The notes under the pieces are model-generated. The model made no database searches and was not told where the DNA came from. It saw only the letters and a list, made by a program, of their open reading frames with translations. DNA of 64,000 nt from contig JAWLHY010000001.1 of assembly GCA_041690135.1 (NCBI GenBank), forward strand, positions 1,440,001 through 1,504,000, read 5' to 3'. This DNA is from Armatimonadota bacterium. Its GTDB lineage: Bacteria; Armatimonadota; SYMT01. Below, piece after piece: positions 1 to 9,518 of this stretch. Each line of letters begins with the position of its first letter. Position 1 is the first letter of the stretch. Both the position numbers and the translations under genes were made by a program.

Positions 1-630
1 CCGGCCTACATGTCTCCTGAACAGATCCTCGGGCGATCGGTAGACCGGCGCAGCGATGTATTCTCGGTTGCGGCGACGCTATACCAGTTGCTCACCGACC
101 GTCTTCCGTTCACGGGTTCGGGATTGATGGAGATGGCGCACAACGTCGCCTACGCCGATCCGTCGCCCCTCCCCTCCGACATTCCCCGGGCGATTGTCCG
201 GGTCGTTGAGCAGGGGCTGCAGAAAACCCCGGCAGCCCGATTTGCTTCCGCCGCGGACCTGGCGGGGGCTCTGGAGCGGGCCCTGGCAGCACCTTCCGGC
301 AATCGGGTGTCGCCCCCTTCCCCGGTCGCCACCACCCCAACGTTCCTGGCACAAGTTGTTGCACCTGCGCAAACGCCCACGGTTCACGATGCAATCGCCT
401 GGTGCGCGCGCCACCCCCGGCGCCACGCGCTCGGCTACTGCCAGGCCTGCGGTCGCTCCCTTTGCTCCCTTTGCACCCGCCAGACGCAGGCGCCGCACTT
501 CTGCGCGCTCCATGCACCGGTAACCGTTTGCGGTATCAACCTGGTGCGCCTGGAGGTGGCGTTGATGGCGGCGTTCTTCCTGCTGCTGCTGCTGGTGCTC
601 AGTCCGCTGGGGTACGCCTTTTATCGATGA
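1..630 (+). CDS. Ser/Thr protein kinase, 5'-truncated by the window edge, with C-terminal B-box-like Zn finger and TM helix
   Basis: Frame open from base 1 (PAYMSPEQ...DRRSDVFS...PF, kinase subdomains VIII-XI). Then a Pro/Thr-rich linker, CxxH...CxxC...CxxC...CxxH, and a hydrophobic C-terminus. Confidence 0.85.
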   Translation, partial: PAYMSPEQILGRSVDRRSDVFSVAATLYQLLTDRLPFTGSGLMEMAHNVAYADPSPLPSDIPRAIVRVVEQGLQKTPAARFASAADLAGALERALAAPSGNRVSPPSPVATTPTFLAQVVAPAQTPTVHDAIAWCARHPRRHALGYCQACGRSLCSLCTRQTQAPHFCALHAPVTVCGINLVRLEVALMAAFFLLLLLVLSPLGYAFYR

Positions 631-637
631 TGGGTGC

Positions 638-762
638 TGGTTGAAGGCTGAAAGTTGGGGGTTGAAGGTTGAAGGTTGAAGGTTGGGGGTTGGGGGTTGA
701 AGGTTGAAGCCCATGCGAAGGCGAGGGGTTGAAGCCCCCGCGGGGCGAGGGGTTGAAGGTTG
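638..762 (+). repeat. Degenerate heptamer tandem repeat (GGTTGAA/GGTTGGG)
   Basis: ggttgaa/ggttggg units repeat from about 638 to 710, with further copies near 727 and 751. Confidence 0.85.
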
Positions 763-883
763 GCGACCCTACCGTAGTGCAGTGCGGGAGCGGAGGCGTG
801 ATCCTGGTCGGGGACAGCGACCGCGACCCTACCGCCACCATTCCGGCTACCGTGTTGCGGTACGAGTGCGGGGATGATCCTGG

Positions 884-916
884 TCGGTGGGGCGGGCGTC
901 TCGCCCGCCCCACCGA
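884..916. repeat. Perfect 15-bp hairpin, REP-like; possible bidirectional terminator between convergent genes
   Basis: TCGGTGGGGCGGGCG-tct-CGCCCGCCCCACCGA. Nearby repeated motifs gcgaccctaccg (about 763 and 823) and gatcctggtcgg (about 800 and 876). Confidence 0.7.
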
Positions 917-1016
917 GTTACCACGGGGATGCAATACGGGTGCGGAAGCAAGATCCGGTGCTACCCCCAGCACCCTCGCGCGAATCTGCCACTTGCACCA
1001 GTAGGCTAGTGTCGCC

Positions 1017-2159
1017 CTATAACGCCGCCTGGTAGAGCGAGGCGAGATCCTCTTTCGTTACGGGGCGCGGGTTGCACTGGTGGCAGCCGTCCTGGTAGGC
1101 GAGCTCGGTCATCGGGCCGATCAGCGCGGAGGTCACATTCACCTGGTGCAGGCGGGTGGGTAGCCCGATGCTCTCGAAGAGTCGCTCCAGGGCGGCAGCG
1201 ATCCGCTCCACGGTTTCCCCCGGCACGGTGGACGCCGGAACCCCCAGGGCCTCGGCGGCGCGGTCCGCACGAAGGGCGATGGTGTCGCGGTTGTACCGGA
1301 GCACGTGCGGCAGCATAATGGCGTTGGCGGTGCCGTGATGCACGCCGGCCACGCTGGAGAGCGGGTGCGCCAGGGAGTGGGTGGCGCCCAGGCCTTTCTG
1401 GAAGGCGACGGCTCCCATCATCGCGGCCAGCATCATTTCCGCGCGGGCTTCCAGGTTCAGCCCGTCGTGCACGGCCACGGGCAGCCAGCGCGCCGCTTTC
1501 CGGAGCCCCTCCAACGCGATGGCGTCGCACACCGGGTTGAACCCCTTCGCAAAGTAGGCCTCCAGGTTGTGGGTGAGCGCATCTGCCCCAGTGCCGGCCG
1601 TCATCCTTGCCGGAAGGGCCACGGTCAAACGGGGGTCGCAAAGCGCGATGGTGGGAATCAGGTGGGGACTGAAGAGGACCGTCTTCCGCCCGTCAATCGT
1701 CACCACGGCGCTGCGACCAACCTCACTGCCGGTGCCGGCGGTGGTGGGGATGGCTACCAGCCGCGTCATTTCCGCCCGGATGCGGGCGGTGCCGCCCTGG
1801 AGATCGTCGTAGTCGGCGAGGGGTCCTTGGTGGGAAGCTGCCAGCCGGATCGCCTTCGCGGCGTCGATCACACTCCCACCACCCACGGCGATCAGGAAGT
1901 CGCAATCTTCCCGGAAGCGCCGTACCCCCTCGCGGATGTTCGCTTCCCCGGGATTGGGCTCCACGCCGTCGAACACGCGGAAGTCGAGATCGGTACCGGT
2001 GAGGGCGTCCAGGACCGGCTGGACCGCTCCAGACGCGAGCACCCCGGTATCGGTGACGATCAGGGCCTGTTTACCCCACCCTGCCACCAACTGCGGCAGT
2101 TCGCCCACTCTTCCCGCTCCGAACACCACGCGGGTAGGGATATCCCATTCGCCTCGCAT
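1017..2159 (-). CDS. Iron-containing alcohol dehydrogenase
   Basis: GGGSVID and PTTAGTGSE motifs; metal ligands in DALTH, HSLAH and HHG. Confidence 0.93.
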   Translation of the reverse strand: MRGEWDIPTRVVFGAGRVGELPQLVAGWGKQALIVTDTGVLASGAVQPVLDALTGTDLDFRVFDGVEPNPGEANIREGVRRFREDCDFLIAVGGGSVIDAAKAIRLAASHQGPLADYDDLQGGTARIRAEMTRLVAIPTTAGTGSEVGRSAVVTIDGRKTVLFSPHLIPTIALCDPRLTVALPARMTAGTGADALTHNLEAYFAKGFNPVCDAIALEGLRKAARWLPVAVHDGLNLEARAEMMLAAMMGAVAFQKGLGATHSLAHPLSSVAGVHHGTANAIMLPHVLRYNRDTIALRADRAAEALGVPASTVPGETVERIAAALERLFESIGLPTRLHQVNVTSALIGPMTELAYQDGCHQCNPRPVTKEDLASLYQAAL

Positions 2160-2211
2160 CGATCGCCCCCGTTCTACGCGGCCTTCCGGATTTCGGCCGC
2201 TGCTGTTCCAA

Positions 2212-3567
2212 CTATATAATCTCGAAGTACCGCCGGAGCTCCCAATCGGTCACCGCCTGGCGGTACTTGCGGCACTCCCACTCCCGGCTGCCGGCGAAGT
2301 GCCGCACGAACCCGTCTCCGAAGAGTTCCCGCGCGGCCTCGCTGTCGCGGAATGCCGCCGTCGCCTCTTCCAGTGTAGTCGGAAGTCGCGGCGCCTGGCT
2401 CTCATACACGTTACCCGCAACGGGCGCGGGCGGCTCGATTTCCCGTTCGATTCCGTAGAGACCGCTGCCGATGCTCGCCGCCAGGGCCAGGTAAGGGTTG
2501 GCGTCCGCGCCCGGCAGCCGGTACTCCACCCGCGTCGCCTTGCCGCTGGTCCCACGAATCGCCCGGAGCGCCGCCGTCCGGTTCTCTTCGCCCCAGGCCG
2601 CGTGTGTGGGGGCCCAGAACCCGGGGACGATCCGCTTGTACGAGTTGATCGTCGGGCACACCAGCGGCATCAGTTCCCGCATCAACGCGATCTGCCCGCC
2701 GAGGTACTGTCGCATGGTGGACGAGTAACCGTGCGGGTCTTCCGGGTCGTGGAATCGGTTACGGGAGCCTTCCAGGTCCCACAGGCTCTGGTGCAGGTGC
2801 CCGCCGCTGCCCGATTGCTCCTCGCTCCAGCGCGCCATGAACGTCGCCGCGCACTCGTACCGGGAGGCGATCTCCTTTACCGTCAGCTTAAACAGGGCGG
2901 CCTGGTCCGCAGCCTCGAGCGCGTCTTCCACGGCGATGGCCGCTTCGTAGACGCCAGGCCCCGTCTCCGTGTGGAGACCTTCCACATTCACCTGTAAGCC
3001 GGCGCAAGCGTCCATCAAGTCGTGGACCAGCCGCGCGTTCTCGCCGGTCCGCAGCACGCTGTAACCGAAGCTGCCGGGCGAAAGGGTCGCGAGGTTTCGG
3101 AATCCCTTTTCCTGCAGCGACTGCGGCGTTTCGCGGAAGATCCAGAACTCGTACTCCACGGCGGCGCGGGGGCGAAAGCCGTGGGCCTCGGCGCGAGACA
3201 CCACCCGCTTGAGCAGGTTGCGCGGGCAGACCGGCAGCGGCGTTTCCGTGTCGGTCCAGAAATCGCAGAAGAAGGTGGCGGTGCCATGCTCCCACGGCAC
3301 CATCCGCATCGTCTGCAGATCGATCTTCGCCAGGGTGTCGGGGTAGCCCGTGTGCCAGCCGGTGACCGTGGGGAAGTCGTAGCACTCGTCCTGGCTGTCC
3401 CAGCCGAAGATCACGTCGCAAAACCCGAAGCCGTCCTGGGCCGCCGAAGAAAACTTCTCCAGGGAGACGTACTTGCCCCGGAGTACGCCGTCGATGTCGG
3501 CCCCCATCAGTTTGATCTTCCGGATTCCGTGCTGCTCCAGGAAGGTGACGATCTGTTCCAGCTCCAT
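2212..3567 (-). CDS. Glutamine synthetase-family protein (PuuA-like gamma-glutamyl ligase)
   Basis: DIDGVLRGK, EYEF, HTETGPGVYE, GSGGHLHQSL, NSYKR, WGEENRT and EYRLPGADANPYL motifs. ATG at 3567 has a GAGGAG RBS. Confidence 0.92.
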   Translation of the reverse strand: MELEQIVTFLEQHGIRKIKLMGADIDGVLRGKYVSLEKFSSAAQDGFGFCDVIFGWDSQDECYDFPTVTGWHTGYPDTLAKIDLQTMRMVPWEHGTATFFCDFWTDTETPLPVCPRNLLKRVVSRAEAHGFRPRAAVEYEFWIFRETPQSLQEKGFRNLATLSPGSFGYSVLRTGENARLVHDLMDACAGLQVNVEGLHTETGPGVYEAAIAVEDALEAADQAALFKLTVKEIASRYECAATFMARWSEEQSGSGGHLHQSLWDLEGSRNRFHDPEDPHGYSSTMRQYLGGQIALMRELMPLVCPTINSYKRIVPGFWAPTHAAWGEENRTAALRAIRGTSGKATRVEYRLPGADANPYLALAASIGSGLYGIEREIEPPAPVAGNVYESQAPRLPTTLEEATAAFRDSEAARELFGDGFVRHFAGSREWECRKYRQAVTDWELRRYFEII

Positions 3568-3733
3568 CCGGCTCCTCTTGTCCAATACGCGCACACCCGA
3601 CGACGAAAAGGTTGGCTGGCGGTGTTGCAGATCCCTGCCCCACACGTACTGAGCGAAAGGAATTGCGAGCCGGAGGACGAATTGGAAGAGTATTCAACAT
3701 CCCTTTCGGCGGCAGCGCTTCAGGAGGGCCAGC

Positions 3734-5872
3734 ATGCGCGCATGTAAGCTTCCCTACGGGCAATTGACCTCAGTCTTACTTTGGATCGCGATCGCCGGAG
3801 TGGTCTCCGGTGCCGCGCCGCGGGTCACCGCCGCAGCCAAGAGCGACTTTGCCGGCGAACCCCAGTTCCAGCGGCCACTGACTGTCCGCGTTGCCGGAAT
3901 GCCTCTGGATCAGCTCCTGCCCCGGATCAGTCGTGAGCTTGGCGTCTCCCTCCGACCCGGCACACCGGACGTAGGCGACATTCGCGTGGCGCTCTTTGCC
4001 GAGGAGATTCCCGCCCACCGCAGCCTGGACGCGCTCACGGAGATGCTGAACTTCACCCGGGAGCGCGGGTTCACCTGGGAAAAGACGAAGCGCGGAGAGC
4101 GAACGGAATACCGGTTGTTTCTGGATGCCCGCGCCCGCGCGGAGGGTACCCAGCGAATCCGCAAGCTGCATGAAGAGACGGATGCGCGCTTCCTGAAGCA
4201 ACTGGCGGAGTTGCGCCAGGACCCGGAATTGAAGAAACGCGGGGAGGACGCCACGCCCCTACCGGGATTCGGTCGCGCGCCGTACCTCCTCACCACCCTC
4301 TCCGACGCACAGCTCAACCGGTTGTTGAAGGACGGCGTCTTCGTCCTGCGGTACAGCGAAGCCACCCCGGCCCAGCAGCAGACGCTAGCTAAAATGGGGC
4401 CGGACCTGCTCCAGGGGGTGGACCGGCTTCTGCAGCAGGCTCCCGAGCTCGTCCCGCTCTACAGCAACCTCCATCCGCCGGACTTTACCGTGGTGTTCGA
4501 GCTGGAGCGGAACTCCGCCAACCTCAAGGTGATGGGGGAGCTCAAGTGCGGGCCGGGAAAGGGCGGGGTCCGCTACGAGGTTTTCCCTGCACCACCGGGA
4601 TCCGGGGCTCGATCGGCACGGTCCGGTTCGCCGGGAGTGGGTGGCGCGAAGACCACGCCAGCCGGAAAGCCGGGTGCGGTTCCCCCCGACCAGAACACCC
4701 AGCGGATTGAGCTGCGGCCGCGGAGTTGGTCGATGGCGGATGTACTCAGCGACTATGCCCGCCGCACGCGACAGCTCCTCGCTTCCGACTGCTACTCCAT
4801 GTCGTGGCAGCCACTTCGTGGGTTGGGGCCGGCCACGCCGGAGCAGATCCAGCGGCGCATCGACGCCCTCTGGGGCGTGCAGTGGGAGCGACGAGAGGGC
4901 TTTACCCTGGCCCGGAGCCGCGTCTATTACGCGCGGCAGGCACGGGAGATTCCGCAGCGGCTTATCGATGGGTGGATCTCCACGATGGAAGCCGATCCCC
5001 GCCTCAAGCTGGAAATGCTGGGCCAGATGGCGGCGCTCACGAATCCCCAAATCGAGGCCCTGGAGGAGTGTGCTGAGCTGCAGCAGGCGGCGCCCAGTAT
5101 CCATGCCCTGGCCATGCACCTGCGCGCCCCGCTGCAGTTTTACCAGTTGCTGCCGCAAGCCTTGCGCAACCGGGTGCGCGGTCCTGGGGTTCATGTGTCC
5201 GTCGACGATATGACGCCCGTGATGCGGTACCAGTTCTTCCGGTGGATGCTGAACCGCAATCCCCACATCCCCGAGCGGGATTACGCCAGTGGTTACATGC
5301 GGCTTCAGCACCATCCCGATAGTCGTCTGGAGCTAACGTGGAAGGCCGGGGAAACTACGGGAGCTCAAACGTACTGGCTCGACCTCACTCGAGATTGGGT
5401 CCAGGGTCAACCGCGAGAACTCCGGGCGCCGACCGCCGAGACGCTGGTCGGCAAGACCGCGCCGGAAGCGCTTGTCCAAACGCTTGACGGCCGGTCACAG
5501 CCCCTGTTTCCGGAGAAGGGCGGGAGAACACTGGTCTACTTCCGCGACCCATGGCTGGTGCCGTACGTAGGATCGGAAGCCGATGACGCGGACCTGCGAG
5601 CGCTGGACGCCCTGGTGGCGCGACGGCCCGAGTTGGCCCGACGCATTCAGATGGTCTGCCCCTACGCCACGTCGGAAGAGCTGAAGGCGTGGGCCGCGGA
5701 GCGGAAACTGAAGCTCTCCTGCTTTGCCGATCCGGACGGCGCCGCCGCGCGTGCCTACGGCGCCCAGCGGGAGCCCCGGGCGATCTGGGTGGATGAGGCG
5801 AACCGGGTGACGCGCGTGGTTTCCGGTCACGACAACCTCAGTCGCGTGGATTGGGAAACTGCCTGGAGGTAA
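3734..5872 (+). CDS. Secreted hypothetical protein with two STN-like segments and a C-terminal redoxin (TlpA/AhpC-TSA)-like domain lacking CxxC
   Basis: AGGAGG RBS and signal peptide. PLTVRVAGMPLDQLL..LGVSL and IELRPRSWSMADVLS segments. C-terminal VGKTAP...DPDGAAARAYGAQREPRAIWVD. Confidence 0.7.
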   Translation: MRACKLPYGQLTSVLLWIAIAGVVSGAAPRVTAAAKSDFAGEPQFQRPLTVRVAGMPLDQLLPRISRELGVSLRPGTPDVGDIRVALFAEEIPAHRSLDALTEMLNFTRERGFTWEKTKRGERTEYRLFLDARARAEGTQRIRKLHEETDARFLKQLAELRQDPELKKRGEDATPLPGFGRAPYLLTTLSDAQLNRLLKDGVFVLRYSEATPAQQQTLAKMGPDLLQGVDRLLQQAPELVPLYSNLHPPDFTVVFELERNSANLKVMGELKCGPGKGGVRYEVFPAPPGSGARSARSGSPGVGGAKTTPAGKPGAVPPDQNTQRIELRPRSWSMADVLSDYARRTRQLLASDCYSMSWQPLRGLGPATPEQIQRRIDALWGVQWERREGFTLARSRVYYARQAREIPQRLIDGWISTMEADPRLKLEMLGQMAALTNPQIEALEECAELQQAAPSIHALAMHLRAPLQFYQLLPQALRNRVRGPGVHVSVDDMTPVMRYQFFRWMLNRNPHIPERDYASGYMRLQHHPDSRLELTWKAGETTGAQTYWLDLTRDWVQGQPRELRAPTAETLVGKTAPEALVQTLDGRSQPLFPEKGGRTLVYFRDPWLVPYVGSEADDADLRALDALVARRPELARRIQMVCPYATSEELKAWAAERKLKLSCFADPDGAAARAYGAQREPRAIWVDEANRVTRVVSGHDNLSRVDWETAWR

Positions 5873-5876
5873 CCTC

Positions 5877-7404
5877 GTGGTCTGTCGCCTTCCCGTCATC
5901 CTCGTGTCGCTGTGCGCGTGCCTCCTGGGGACCTCTTCCACTCCGGTGGCGGCCGAGGTGGACGGTGCTTTCCGCGGGGATAGCCGGCTGACGCAGCCCC
6001 TGACGGTCCGCGTCAGCGGGATGTCGCTCGACCGCTTGCTGCCACGCATCAGTAAAGAATTGGGGGTCACGCTCCGCCCGGGCTCAACCGCTGTTGGCGA
6101 TATCCGGGTCGCCGTATTTGCCGAGGGGTTGCCAGCCGACTTTCTATCAGAACCAAATTCTGCCAATCCCGCCCGGCCCTGTCATGCCGGGTAGTGACCC
6201 CGCGCCTGAAACCGTCTCTAACCGTAGCGAGACGCCCATAGAGCTCCGGCCGCGGGTCTGGTCCATGGCCGAGGTGCTTTCCGAAATCGCACGTCGCACC
6301 CGGAAGCCGTTGGTCTCCGACTGTTACCTCATGTCCTGGCACCGGGTGCGGGCCCTCGGTCCGGCCACGCTTCCTCAGATCCAGTCGCGCATCGATCGCC
6401 TGTGGGGCGTGGAATGGGATCTTCAGGATGGCTATATACTGGGCCGCAGTCGCACCTACTTCGCACGCCAGGCATGGGATGTGCCGGAGCGTCTGGTTAC
6501 TGCGTGGCTCGACGAGATTCGGAACGATCCTCGCTTGCGACTGGACACGCTGGCCCGGTTGGCCGAGTGGCCGGAGAGCGCGTTGACCGCATTGGAGTTC
6601 CATCCTGAACTCCAGGAGACCGCGCCGGATGCCAACGGCTTTCCGGTTTATTACAACGGTCCGCTGCGCTTCTACGGCCTGCTGTCGCCGGCCCAGCGCA
6701 AGCGCGTCCACTCCGAGGGGCTCCAGCTTGCCTATCCGGAGTTGTCTTCGCCAATGCAGCGCCACTTTCACCGCTGGCTACTGGAGCAAGCTCCCCACGT
6801 GCCGGAAGCCGGCCTGGCAGAGGCGAGCCTGCGGATTGCTTACTCGTCGGAGGGACACTTCCAGTGCCACTGGAAGATTGGGAATACCAGCAGTGCGTCT
6901 GACTCCTGGCTCGATATCCGCCGCGACTGGCTTACCGGCGAGTTGCAAGTGCGGGAGGTCGACTTCCCCCAGCGCCTCGCCGGCAAGCCGTTGCCCGCGA
7001 TGACGCTTCGTTCACCTGCCGGCGAACCGGTTTTGCTGCCGCGGGATGCCAGGGCACTTCGCGTGCTGTTGATCCGGTCACCCTGGCTGATGCCCAGCGT
7101 AGCGCGGGGTACGGGCGATGAAGACCTCCAGAAACTGTCGGCGCTTCTAACCGCACGACCCGAGTTGGCCGAACGTATCCGGCTCATCTGTCCCGATACC
7201 ACTCCCGCCGAGGTGAAGGCCTGGATAGCGGAACGAAAGCTGGCACTCCCCTGCCTCGCCGACCCGGACGGAAGCGTGCGCGATGTTGTTAGCGGGTTGC
7301 GGGAGCCGCGGGCCATCGTCGTCGACGAGGAGAAAAAAGTCGTCCGGATCATCTCCGGGTACGACCAGATCCGGTCCGTCGACTGGAGCACGCTCTTCCA
7401 GTAG
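5877..7404 (+). pseudogene. Internally deleted, frameshifted paralogue of 3734..5872 (pieces 5877..~6139 and ~6139..7404)
   Basis: ORF 5877..6194 matches the paralogue up to about residue 94 (DIRVAVFAEGLPA vs DIRVALFAEEIPA). The other frame resumes at about residue 280 (QILPIPPG vs EVFPAPPG) and aligns to the end. Confidence 0.7.
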
Positions 7405-7522
7405 AAAGATGTGAGGGCGAAGTCGTCCGAAACGGCCTCACGCGAGTTTGGAGCCAGTGCTTGTCCCGAGTTCACCAGCAGAAGCCACCATAAGAACCGC
7501 GGAGACAGCGGTCGGAAAGTGG

Positions 7523-8107
7523 TTAGAGTGAGTAGCTCAAACGCTCCGCACCCTCGGCTACCTTTCCCTCAGCGAACAGGCGGTCGACCATGCGGGTGAT
7601 CTCTGCTTCCGGAAGCTTCTTGTGGAACATGGCGGAGAGATGGGCGATTAAGGTCGCTCGCGTTCGCGGACGGGCGTGCGTCGCCAGCTTTGTCAGTAGT
7701 TCCATTACACGCAGATAGTTCGGATCGGGTGCCGCTGCTGGTGCCGCCTTGAGTTCCGCCAGGGACTCGATTCGTCGGCATTGATGGCCGTTTCCCGTAA
7801 GATGGGCCAGCAAGGGATCGAAGCCTCGGTCCCTGGAGAGGACGATGCACTCCAGCTTGGGAGAGTGTACCAGCCAGCGTCCCATGTAGTAGGCAATGTG
7901 GAAATCGAGAGCATTGCTGCCGTTCCCATCCACCTTGATCCACTCTATGCGCTTGCCCAGCTTCTGCGCATCGCGTACGAGCTCGATCGGAATCGACTTC
8001 TGCGAGCTGCCGACAAAGATGGCGACATCGAGATCCTCGGGCAGCTTGGCAAGGGAGAGAGCTTGCACGTTCTCGAAGTCGACGAGAAGGCGGCGTTTGC
8101 CTGTCAT
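7523..8107 (-). CDS. PIN-domain protein (PIN7/NYN-like) with small C-terminal helical domain
   Basis: LLVDFENVQ, GSNALDFHIAYYMG and LSRDRGFDPL acidic PIN motifs. Likely start is the ATG at 8107. Confidence 0.85.
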   Translation of the reverse strand: MTGKRRLLVDFENVQALSLAKLPEDLDVAIFVGSSQKSIPIELVRDAQKLGKRIEWIKVDGNGSNALDFHIAYYMGRWLVHSPKLECIVLSRDRGFDPLLAHLTGNGHQCRRIESLAELKAAPAAAPDPNYLRVMELLTKLATHARPRTRATLIAHLSAMFHKKLPEAEITRMVDRLFAEGKVAEGAERLSYSL

Positions 8108-8480
8108 CGGCAGTTTTCCGGGGATCAACAGCCGTCCGGGTGTGTGAGGGGCGGACAGTATCGCCGGTCGGCAGAGGGGCTTGCTGTCGAATGGTAAGGA
8201 AGGATAACGAATGGTTGCCTGGAGTGTCAACCTATGAGGTGGACCTGACCCCCGCTATCCTCCTCACCTTCACAAAGGAGCAACCGAGACGAGATGGGGT
8301 GCAACGGGAGGCGCTAGGACACGGTACGCATCTGCAGGTGCTGAAAAGCTCTCCTTGTGATTCTGGTGGGCTGCGGCTACAAACGAATTGGAATTCCGTT
8401 GCAGGAGTTTTGGGAGCTGATATCTAAATGCTTTCTGGGCGTTGCCCTATTTCTCACATCTAGCAGCGAAGGAGACCCTC

Positions 8481-9206
8481 ATGCACAGACAGGTCCGGCG
8501 GCGGGCGTTCACCCTCATCGAACTTCTCGTTGTGATTGCAATCATTGCTATCCTTGCAGCTATTTTGTTTCCCGTCTTCGCTCGGGCACGGGAGGCCGCT
8601 CGGGCCACCTCATGCAAGTCCAATCTGAAGCAGATCGGCACGGCGTTCATGATGTACGCGCAGGACTATGACGAGACGATGGTGTCCGGGCGTCCAGCGG
8701 ACCCCCATACAGCAGCGCTTACGAACTACCATGCCTATAACGGCTGGCCTTCTCACCTGCAGCCATACACGAAGAACAAGCAGATGTTCTACTGCCCGAG
8801 CAGTCCGGCGGCGAAACCTGCCGACTACCTCAATCCGGCCGTCAACCCCACCGTCGCCTATCCGGCCCAGCATTACGCTTACAACTGGGACTTCTGGGCA
8901 TGTGGCGCGGGAATCGGTAGTGATGGGGCGGGAGGACGATCCCTGGCTGCCGTGCAAGCTCCGGCAGACATCCTGCTCGTGAGCGATGCGACCAACGGCA
9001 CTCGGTTCTTTGTTTCCAGTACCAACACAATGGCTTCGGCGACGGCAATCGTCAGTTCCACCAACCGCCACTCCGAAGGCATCAATATTGCCTTCGGGGA
9101 TGGTCATGTGAAGTTCATGAACTCCAAGTCCGTCATTGCCAGGTTCGTTCCCGGCACGGGATCGACCCTAAACGAGAACTGCATCCTCGGCTACAACCTT
9201 CAATAG
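8481..9206 (+). CDS. Prepilin-type N-terminal cleavage/methylation domain protein (DUF1559, H-X9-DG motif)
   Basis: [54 protein letters not shown]; C-terminal [16 protein letters not shown]; AAGGAG RBS. Confidence 0.93.
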   Translation: MHRQVRRRAFTLIELLVVIAIIAILAAILFPVFARAREAARATSCKSNLKQIGTAFMMYAQDYDETMVSGRPADPHTAALTNYHAYNGWPSHLQPYTKNKQMFYCPSSPAAKPADYLNPAVNPTVAYPAQHYAYNWDFWACGAGIGSDGAGGRSLAAVQAPADILLVSDATNGTRFFVSSTNTMASATAIVSSTNRHSEGINIAFGDGHVKFMNSKSVIARFVPGTGSTLNENCILGYNLQ

Positions 9207-9316
9207 GAACTTGCTTGAGTGCCACATTGGGCCGAAAAGGCGCGTGGGTGTGCCAATGCACATGGCGCGTACGACACGGTGATAGCTTCCAGTGATGGCT
9301 ATCTAAATCAGCCAAT

Positions 9317-9412
9317 AGCAAGCCTGGCCGGACATCCTCCCCGGAAAGCGGCCAGGTTTGCTTGTCATGAGGCCGGAAAGCAGTCGCCGTCATCATTTAT
9401 GTGGTGACGGCG
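9317..9412. terminator. Two adjacent stem-loops between convergent genes
   Basis: AGCAAGCCTGGCCG/CGGCCAGGTTTGCT (9317-9362) and CGCCGTCATCAT/GTGGTGACGGCG (9385-9412). Confidence 0.5.
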
Positions 9413-9518
9413 TAAGCTGGTCGCGTTTCACCCTTGTTCTCGTCGCGTCTCGCTGGGCGGAGAAAGGTTACCCCTATCCCCTTTCGGCAATAATTGCCTC
9501 GTTTAATTCATTCCGAAG

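Noticed and set aside
79-714. ORF with QPSTFNP-like repeats
   Set aside because: It is a translation of the heptamer DNA repeat running antisense to the kinase.
638-916. Possible CRISPR array
   Set aside because: The repeats are 7-12 bp with no regular spacers, and there are no cas genes in the window.
6120-6150. Programmed ribosomal frameshift joining the two ORFs
   Set aside because: No slippery heptamer, and about 185 codons are missing relative to the paralogue, which fits a deletion better.
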